Source: Wolbachia endosymbiont of Drosophila innubila
GTDB lineage: Bacteria; Pseudomonadota; Alphaproteobacteria; Rickettsiales; Anaplasmataceae
Reading direction: 5' to 3'
Assembly: GCF_021378375.1 (NCBI RefSeq)
Contig: NZ_CP076228.1
Location: 600,001 to 632,000 of the forward strand
DNA length: 32,000 nucleotides
Within the stretch, counting starts at the first letter, position 1, and each line of letters opens with the position of its first letter. A program made the position numbers and the translations under genes. Under the pieces are notes generated by a model. That model was not told where the DNA came from. It did not search any database and saw nothing but the letters and a program-made list of their open reading frames with translations. Shown one piece after another: positions 1 through 7,790 of this stretch.

Positions 1-1401
1 ACTTGCAGCATTCATTCCATTAATATCTTCAGGACTCGTTTCTGACCTTACTAAAATCACTTTTTTGCCCTGCTCTGCAGCTTTTTCAGCATCACTTGCA
101 CTAAACACTACATATCCAGAAGCAACCCCTGGAGAAGCCGGCAGCCCCTTCCCTATTACTTTTTGGTCACTCTTAACGTCAAGAACTGGATGCAATAAAT
201 TGTCAAAGGTTTTTGGATCAATTCTCAATATTCCTTCTTCTTTTGTAATCGTTCCTTCGTTTACCATATCAACTATTATGCGAATAGCAGCTTCAGCCGT
301 GCGCTTGCCAGACCTAGTCTGCAAAATCCATAACTTACCGTCCTGCACAGTAAATTCGATATCCTGCATGTCTTTATAATGCCTTTCAAGTTTTTCACAT
401 ACCACGCATAATTCTCGGTAGACACTTGGCAGCAACTTCTCCATGGTGTTTTTTTGCTCTCCGTCAATTGGCATAGGAGTATAAACACCAGAAACCACAT
501 CCTCACCCTGAGCATTAATCAGAAATTCACCAAAGTATTTTTTTTCTCCAGTTGAAGGATTTCGTGTAAATATCACACCAGTTGCAGAATTATCATTTAA
601 ATTACCAAAAACCATTGCTTGCACGTTGACCGCTGTTCCAAGGTTTTCAGGAATATTATGTATTTTTCTATAGGAAACAGCCCTATCATTTTTCCAAGAA
701 GCAAATACTGCATTCACTGAGCTGAGCAATTGCTCTTCAACGTTCTGCGGAAAATGTTTTCCTGTTTTTTCATGTACTATCCTTTTGAAATTGTTAACAA
801 TTTCTTTTAAAACATCAACATCAAGATCAGCTAAGCTTTTTGCTCCACTCTTTTGCTGCTTATTATCAACAACATCTTGAAATAGGTGATGATCAAGCTG
901 TAGTACAACATTGGAGTACATCATGATGAAACGGCAGTAGCTATCGTAAGCAAAACGTTCGCCACTTTTTTTTGCAAGCCCAACAACGGTTTCATCATTT
1001 AGACCAACATTTAAAATAGTATCAAGCATGCCCGGCATTGAACTAACACTACCAGAGCGTATGGAAACTAATAAGGGATTATTTAAATCCCCAAATTTAC
1101 AACCGATGTCATTTTCAAGCATCGCCATGTAGTTTTTGATTCCACTACATATGTCATTCCAGTGCGTGACCACATTTTTTTCTGGATCCGAGTAGTCAGC
1201 TACTTGGATAACAGAAGATCTATTGTCTTGATAATAGACTTTGCAAGCAGAGGTGGAAATTGTGAAACCAGGTGGAACAGGAATGCCAACATTGCACATT
1301 TCTGCTAAATTTGCCCCCTTTCCTCCCAGCAGATTTTTCATTTCTGCATTGCCTTCGCATTTACCCTGGCTAAAGTAATGTATTAACTTTTCCCCCATCA
1401 T
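1..1401 (-). CDS. ppdK: Pyruvate, phosphate dikinase, N-terminal part; continues beyond the left edge, so absent from the ORF track
   Basis: Own minus-strand translation is open from 1401 to 1: [58 protein letters not shown]...[46 protein letters not shown]...[21 protein letters not shown]...[17 protein letters not shown]. The [28 protein letters not shown] and LPASPG motifs are characteristic of PPDK. Confidence 0.95.
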   Translation of the reverse strand, partial: [467 protein letters not shown]

Positions 1402-1608
1402 TTTCTCCGGATTTTCACTGATAAACACATTGTACATATAGCTCCAATAAACCTGTGAGAACTTGAAACCTTAGGATAATAAATTTTACAAAATTTTGCA
1501 ACAACGTTCCTTACAACAACATCAGTAAAGTTAACAAAAAAGACGACAAATTATTGAATTATTATTAATAAGAATATATAATATAAAGATACATTTAAAA
1601 ATTTTTTT

Positions 1609-1890
1609 ATGGCTCTTTCTAAATTTCTCGACCCCAAGAATGATGTTGCGTTCCGGCGTATTTTTGGTACTGAAAAAAATAAAGACATCCTCATTCACTT
1701 TCTCAATGATATTTTGGGGTTCACTGGCAAAGATGAAATAAAAGAAATAGAATTCCTCAGCACTATTCAAGATGCTGAAATTGCCTCTAAAAAACAAAGT
1801 ATCGTTGATGTTCTTTGCAGAGATTCTAGTGGGAACAGGTATATAATTGAGATGGTGCGACCTGAAAGCCTTCGGTCATATTGTTTATAA
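1609..1890 (+). pseudogene. Rpn family / PD-(D/E)XK transposase remnant (truncated)
   Basis: MALSKFLDPKNDVAFRRIFGTEKNKDILIHFLNDILG...EIEFLSTIQDAEIASKKQSIVDVLCRDSSGNRYIIEM matches the conserved start of the family. Homology breaks off after the YIIEM core. Confidence 0.8.
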
Positions 1891-1975
1891 AAGGAGAGGA
1901 ATTCATTCAGAAAGAAACTGAAAGGATTCTAAAGCTTATTGAGCCAGATGTTTTGCCATCTGAGTCTACGCATCA

Positions 1976-4143
1976 GTGCGAATTGGGTAACCAGTTGGTG
2001 CTGAGCGACGCGGACAATGAACCTCCTCTTGATAAAGAAGATGCTCAATCGTGAGAGAAAGCATAAACTACAAGCATCATGTGGTTGGAGGGCTAGGCTT
2101 AGTGGTATGGTGAACGTAAGTGAAGCTTCATAAGTATCGTAACGATTAAAGAGCTAAAGATGCTGATAAGCTCCGACCAAAAGGTAATGTGACATTTTTC
2201 ATTTCTGGATGTACGCAAATAATAATTCCACCGGTATAGAGAAGCCACCTAACCCACTATTGTATGACAAAAGGAACAGGATAAGCCTGTATTTTCGCCT
2301 ATATGGCAGGCAACCCGCAAGGAATGCTGATGGATGTGCAGGTAAAGGATAATGGAGAAAGCGAATGCCATTTTGTAACGAAATGGATAGAATTTGTAAC
2401 ATTAATTCGCGTGAAAACGAGCAGACTTCCATTTGGTCCTTCATGACAAGAAACTTTGTTAACCACTTAAGGTAGGAAAGCAGATGATTACAAGTACAAC
2501 TGTAAGTGCACCTACCAATAACTCCGAAGCATGGAACCAGTTACCCTGGAAGAAATGCCAAAAGTTGTTATGAGGCTACAGAGGCGTATTGTTAAGGCTG
2601 TCCAACAAGGCAGATGGGGTAAGGTGAAAACTTTACAACACCTTCTCACACGCTCTTTTAGCGGCAAAGCTTTGGCGGTTAAGAGAGTAACTGAAAACCA
2701 AGGAAAAAACACAGCAGGTGTAGATCGTCAAATATGGTCAACTTGCAACACAAAATTTCAAGGAATAAAGCTATTAAAACAAAGAGGATACAAACCTTCT
2801 CCGCTAAAACGGATATACATCAGTAAGTCTAATGGCAAAAGAAGACCTCTTGAATCCCTACGATAAAAGATAGAGCCATGCAAGCATTATACTTGTTTGC
2901 TTTGGAACCGATAGCTGAAACGATCAGTGATCGTCACTCTTATGGTTTTAGACCAAAAGATCCTGCGCAGACGCTACTGTGGCTTGCCACTTGTTACTGG
3001 CAAGCCGTAACCAACTACAATGGATACTCGAAGGTGATATTAAAGGGTGTTTTGATAACATTAACCATGAATGGCTCATGAAGCATATTCCTATGGAGAA
3101 GAAAATTCTTCATAGCTGGTTAAAAGCTGGCTTCCTAGAATCAAAAACTCTGTATTCCACAACTGCAGGTACCCCACAAGGTAGTATCATCTCTCAATAC
3201 TAGCAAATCTAGCCCTAAATGGACTTGAAAAATCATTGGAAAGTCAATTTGGTAAACTTGGCAGTAAAAGAAGAAGCAAAATCAGAAGTGGAGTAAATGT
3301 AATCAGGTACGCAGATGACTTTATCATTTCAGGAATCACACGTGAAGTACTGGAAAATGAAGTAAAACCTCTAGTATCGTCCTTTCTTCAGGAGAGAGGT
3401 CTTATCCTTTCCGAAGAGAAAACAAAAATTACATCTATTACAACAGGGTTTGACTTTCTTGGTTGTAATGTACGCAGGTATAATAAGAAGTTAATTATAA
3501 AACCTTCAAAAGAAAGTATTAAGAAACTTAATAAAGCACGTACATTGATAAAGGCAAACATAGCGAACACTCAGGCCGTACTAATCAAGTTGCTCAATTC
3601 CCTATTAAGGGGATGGGAAAATTACTACAGCCATGTGTGTGCGAAAAGAGCTTTTAACAAAATAGACCATGAAATTATGTGTGCTCTATGGAAATGGGCA
3701 AAGAAAAGACATCCTCGTAAAGGATTACGTTGGATAAAGAATCGTTACTTCAAGGTAATGAAACAACGCCAATGGGTCTTTGCTGCACCCATATGCAAGA
3801 ACAAACCGAAAGAGATAAGGTATTTAAGACTGCTTAGGTTGATTGATATACCTATCAGACGACATGTTAAAATCAGGGCGGATGCAAATCCACTTGACTT
3901 AAAATGGAAAAAGTATTTTGATGAAAGAGTGAAACAAACAAAAATGTTAGCAAGCTCTTTCTCAAGAGAAGGTTCTCTGCTGTTGGTGTCACCATTAAGA
4001 ATGATGTTTTCTGAGGAATCATGAAGGACAAGCCGGTTCGAGAAAAGAAGGACTTAGATAAGGGGCTCAAGCGTAGTGTGGAGAAACCTGCATGCTGCGT
4101 TTCTAAGGGAGGGAGTAGTAGCAATACTACTTCCTTACCTAAC
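1976..4143 (+). mobile_element. Group II intron, degraded; 5' end inferred at GTGCG and 3' end at ...CCTAAC
   Basis: GTGCG at 1976-1980. A maturase-type ORF follows. Near the 3' end there is a domain V-like stem (AAGCGTAGTGTGGAGAAACCTGCATGCTGCGTTTCT, ~4074-4104) and a domain VI-like hairpin (GGGAGTAGTAGCAATACTACTTCC). TPR-repeat DNA resumes right after 4143. The 5' boundary is less certain. Confidence 0.7.
2531..4024 (+). pseudogene. ltrA: Group II intron reverse transcriptase/maturase, interrupted by several stops and frameshifts
   Basis: The pieces 2531-2866, 2878-3081, 2979-3203 and 3236-4024 give TRSFSGKALAVKRVTENQGKNTAGVD, SDRHSYGFRPK, GDIKGCFDNINHEWL, GTPQGSIIS, RYADDF and the maturase region SLLRGWENYYSHVCAKRAF. 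There is no HNH endonuclease domain at the C-terminus. Confidence 0.9.
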
Positions 4144-4855
4144 CAATTCCTTAGCTTCTTCACACAACTTTATAGCTTCTCCATAAAGAAGAATTCTCTC
4201 ATTAGGACCATTAGTAGCATTACCTAGATTATGCTTAGCTTTACCTAAAGCCAGTAAAATATCAGGATCTTCGAGATGCAATTCCTTAGCTTCTTCATAC
4301 AACTTTATAGCTTCTCCATAAAGAAGAATTTTCTCATTAGAACCATTAGTAGCAATACCTAGATTACGCTTAGCTTTACCTAAAGCCAGTAAAATATCAG
4401 GATCTTCGGGACGCAATCCCTTAGCTTCTTCATACAACTTTATAGCTTCTTCATAAAGAAGAATTCTCTCATTAGAACCATTAGTAGCAATACCTAGATT
4501 ATGCTTAGCTTTACCTAAAGCCAGTAAAATATCAGGATCTTCGGGACGCAATTCCTTAGCTTCTTCATACAACTTTATAGCTTCTTCATAAGGAAGAATT
4601 TTCTCATTAGAACCATTAGTAGCAATACCTAGATTATGCTTAGCTTTACCTAAAGCCAGTAAAATATCAGGATCTTCGGGACGCAATTCCTTAGCTTCTT
4701 CATACAACTTTATAGCTTCTTCATAAAGAAGAATTTTCTCATTAGAACCATTAGTAGCAATACCTAGATTACGCTTAGCTTTACCTAAAGCCAGTAAAAT
4801 ATCAGGATCTTCGGGACGCAATCCCTTAGCTTCTTCATACAACTTTATAGCTTCT
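4144..4855 (-). pseudogene. Detached 3' part of the CifB-like gene: 45-aa TPR-like repeats in another frame, truncated by the group II intron
   Basis: ORF 4135-4842 (235 aa) consists almost entirely of LLYEEAIKLYEEAKELRPEDPDILLALGKAKHNLGIATNGSNEKI units. These equal the repeats at the end of the 917-aa ORF. Its last residues (V R stop) come from intron sequence. Confidence 0.75.
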
Positions 4856-5515
4856 TCATAAGAAGAATTCTCTCATTAGAACCATTAGTTTTCTCAAAAT
4901 TAGAACCATTAGTTCTTCATACAAGATAGCTTCTTCATAAGGAAGAATTTTCTCATTAGAACCATTAGTAGCAATACCTTTACCTAAAGCCAGTAAAATA
5001 TCAGGATCTTCGGGACGCAATTCCTTAGCTTCTTCATACAACTTTATAGCTTCTCCATAAAGAAGAATTTTCTCATTAGAATCATTAGTAGCATTACCTA
5101 GATTATGCTTAGCTTTACCTAAAGCCAGTAAAATATCAGGATCTTCGAGATGCAATTCCTTAGCTTCTTCATACAACTTTATAGCTTCTCCATAAAGAAG
5201 AATTTTCTCATTAGAACCATTAGTAGCAATACCTAGATTACGCTTAGCTTTACCTAAAGCCAGTAAAATATCAGGATCTTCGGGACGCAATCCCTTAGCT
5301 TCTTCATACAACTTTATAGCTTCTTCATAAAGAAGAATTCTCTCATTAGAACCATTAGTAGCAATACCTAGATTATTCTTAGCTTTACCTAAAGCCAGTA
5401 AAACATCAGGATCTTCGGGACGCAATTCCTTAGCTTCTTCATACAACTTTATAGCTTCTCCATAAAGAAGAATTCTCTCATTCGGATCCTTAGCTTCAAC
5501 ACCAAGATTAAAATA
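4144..5515 (-). repeat. Tandem 135-bp (45-aa) TPR-like repeat array with a rearranged patch at ~4860-4975
   Basis: Direct reading shows 135-bp spacing (ATCAGGATCTTCG at 4261 and 4396, and onwards). Copies are near-identical and carry a 34-aa TPR-like core plus an ~11-aa IATNGSNEKIL linker. Confidence 0.9.
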
Positions 5516-7609
5516 AACTTGACTTAGAAAAAAATTCATAGAGCTATCCTCACCTAGATAAGAAGAATCTCTTTGTAGCAGTTCCTTTCTATCTTTTAAA
5601 GACTTACTTATCAGACTAAGAATAGATTCTAAATCTTTTCCTTCAACAGCTTTTAATTGTGAAGATAACGTATCGTGAATTGTTGCACCTTCGCCATTAA
5701 TAATAATTTGTAAAATTTCTATTGCCTTCATAACGTGTTCCTGGTTCTCTTTTGCAATCTTAACACCCGTAGAAAAAAATGACTTTGATAAAGAAACAAT
5801 ACTCTCTATTTTAGATCTTTTATCCCAATTTAGACATATTCTGGTAATGTCTTCATGTTCTGAATTATTAAGATATCCTTCCAGCTGCTTCGCAGCTTCT
5901 TTCAGGCTACCATGATGTTTTAGCTCAAACGCAGCCACTACAACCTTTTTTTCTAAATCATATATAATCAAATCTATCCGATCACCTAGTATATTACTTT
6001 CTGATGAAACCAGATAGTTACTCTTATTTGTAATAAATAGACCTTGAATTAACGCTTTAAAGGTAGCTTCATTTGTTATCACTGTAATAGTGTTTTGCTG
6101 TTCTATACGACGACTATCATAGTCAATTGATTGTACAGTTTCTTGTAATTTATTGCATATTTCCTCTATGGATTGAGTATTGCCCTCTATGAATTGACCC
6201 AACTTCCCTGTATCAATGGTGTTAAGTATTTGTGTAATTACATGCTCAGAACACTTCCCATCTACCCCCTCGTTTAGGCTAATATCAGCTCTAATCTTTC
6301 GGCAATTACTCGGATCTCCTCTGTTTACTACTATATCAACTTTTAACACAAAATTAACACCATGGCTAGTTAAATTAGGAAATATATAATTTTCTCCTGA
6401 ATTGCGGGTTTCTTTTCTTGGAACATCAACGATATTTAACATGATAGCTTTATTACTCCTATTCATCTTAAGAAGAAGTGTGACACCCCCATTACTTTGA
6501 CAAACCGAAGCGTACATACTTAACGTCCTAATATCTTCCTTAATTATGTGATCTTTAAGTAAGTGATTTGCCAATATTAACCGACTGAAGGAATAGTGAT
6601 TTTTGCTTTCACAGTTAGAAATAGAATAATACAGACTTTCTGCTGATTTCTCTAAGGATGTAGTAAACTCTTCGCCTTTTTTTTCAGCCTCGTAGACTTC
6701 ATAAAGAATTTGTACGATACTCCCCGGTCTACTAACTTCCTTCTCGTATACTAACACTGTCTCTGTATCATGAAGAAAGCTTATACATGCTACTATGACA
6801 TTTTGCTTCTCAGATCTTAAAATGGCAGGATGATAAAAATAGCCCTTGTCTTCTACTTGCTTTCTGGCCCCATCGGGACTTATATCTCTCGATTTGAACT
6901 CAGCAATCACTGAAATCGCCTCAGAATCTTTTTTACGTAGAAACAGTATTAAATCCGCATATCCTCGACCAGCTGTAGGCTCAATGTAATAATCAAGTAT
7001 ATATCTTTTACAACATAACATTAGGACACCACAAGCAAAGCCGTGCTGTGCCGCTTCTGTTTTATATTCGGGATTATTCATATCAATTTTACGATATAAC
7101 TCCTTAAGACACTTAAATAGTTTCTCTACTCTTTCAACATCTTGAACCTCTCTACCACCAGGCTCTTCCTGCTCCTTTAAGATTTCTCCCAGTAAAATTT
7201 GCTGATCTATGTGACCAACTTCATACCAACATTCTAACTCATTTGGACCCATCCTTTCAAATTCAAATTTAGCTTCACCATCAAACATTTTAACACTAGC
7301 CCTAATACTTACTGCATCGCTCCCTATGATTGAAAAACAAAAATCCACTGTTAAATTTGTAAAATCAAAATCCCATTGTGCTGCACTAACAACTTCACCC
7401 CACAAATTAGTGTAAGGCAAAGCAGCAACTCCACCAATAAGAGAATAAAGAAAAAACAACGACTTACTAGTAGAGTTAACCTTAGGAATTGTTTTTAAAA
7501 TTTCATTAAACTTTTTCTCAAACTCTTCTGGTGTTGTGACCAATAATTCTATTAATTCACGTTCTGATTGCTGTGAATCAGCAGCCGGTACAGGATTTCC
7601 TACTAACAT
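4856..7609 (-). CDS. cifB: CifB-like protein: two PD-(D/E)XK nuclease-like modules plus C-terminal TPR-like repeats
   Basis: 917-aa ORF with GGGAGG just upstream of its ATG. Module 1: HGFACGVLMLCCKRYILDYYIEPTAGRGYADLILFLRKKDSEAISVIAEFKSRD. Module 2: TFKALIQGLFITNKSNYLVSSESNILGDRIDLIIYDLEKKVVVAAFELKHHGSLKEAAKQLEGY. From memory of CidB, ELIELLVTTPEEFEKKFNEIL resembles LIRSLVDGDLEGFRQGFESFL, and the position before module 2 resembles NSEDKFRSILHGTFYASDN. No DUB/Ulp1 domain is seen. Confidence 0.72.
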   Translation of the reverse strand: MLVGNPVPAADSQQSERELIELLVTTPEEFEKKFNEILKTIPKVNSTSKSLFFLYSLIGGVAALPYTNLWGEVVSAAQWDFDFTNLTVDFCFSIIGSDAVSIRASVKMFDGEAKFEFERMGPNELECWYEVGHIDQQILLGEILKEQEEPGGREVQDVERVEKLFKCLKELYRKIDMNNPEYKTEAAQHGFACGVLMLCCKRYILDYYIEPTAGRGYADLILFLRKKDSEAISVIAEFKSRDISPDGARKQVEDKGYFYHPAILRSEKQNVIVACISFLHDTETVLVYEKEVSRPGSIVQILYEVYEAEKKGEEFTTSLEKSAESLYYSISNCESKNHYSFSRLILANHLLKDHIIKEDIRTLSMYASVCQSNGGVTLLLKMNRSNKAIMLNIVDVPRKETRNSGENYIFPNLTSHGVNFVLKVDIVVNRGDPSNCRKIRADISLNEGVDGKCSEHVITQILNTIDTGKLGQFIEGNTQSIEEICNKLQETVQSIDYDSRRIEQQNTITVITNEATFKALIQGLFITNKSNYLVSSESNILGDRIDLIIYDLEKKVVVAAFELKHHGSLKEAAKQLEGYLNNSEHEDITRICLNWDKRSKIESIVSLSKSFFSTGVKIAKENQEHVMKAIEILQIIINGEGATIHDTLSSQLKAVEGKDLESILSLISKSLKDRKELLQRDSSYLGEDSSMNFFLSQVYFNLGVEAKDPNERILLYGEAIKLYEEAKELRPEDPDVLLALGKAKNNLGIATNGSNERILLYEEAIKLYEEAKGLRPEDPDILLALGKAKRNLGIATNGSNEKILLYGEAIKLYEEAKELHLEDPDILLALGKAKHNLGNATNDSNEKILLYGEAIKLYEEAKELRPEDPDILLALGKGIATNGSNEKILPYEEAILYEELMVLILRKLMVLMREFFL

Positions 7610-7790
7610 AAAACCTCCCTATTTATATAAAAACTTAGACTGTATTAAATTCTTTGTATACTGACAGATAACAGTACTTTTCGGTAAGTATATACCTCCA
7701 CAATTTTTATCATTAACACTATCACTTTTATGGTATACAATTCCAGACATGACAGACAAGCTCAACATATAGACTGTGTTCACCGATAAC

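Noticed and set aside
65-379. Plus-strand 104-aa ORF
   Set aside because: Lies antisense within ppdK, whose minus-strand frame is open and matches a known enzyme; no independent support.
276-515. Minus-strand 79-aa ORF
   Set aside because: Overlaps ppdK on the same strand in another frame; the family match belongs to the ppdK frame.
2531-4024. Retron or diversity-generating retroelement reverse transcriptase
   Set aside because: Carries group II maturase features (FDNINH, YADD, GWENYY) with domain V/VI-like RNA downstream, and shows no msr/msd or TR/VR pair.
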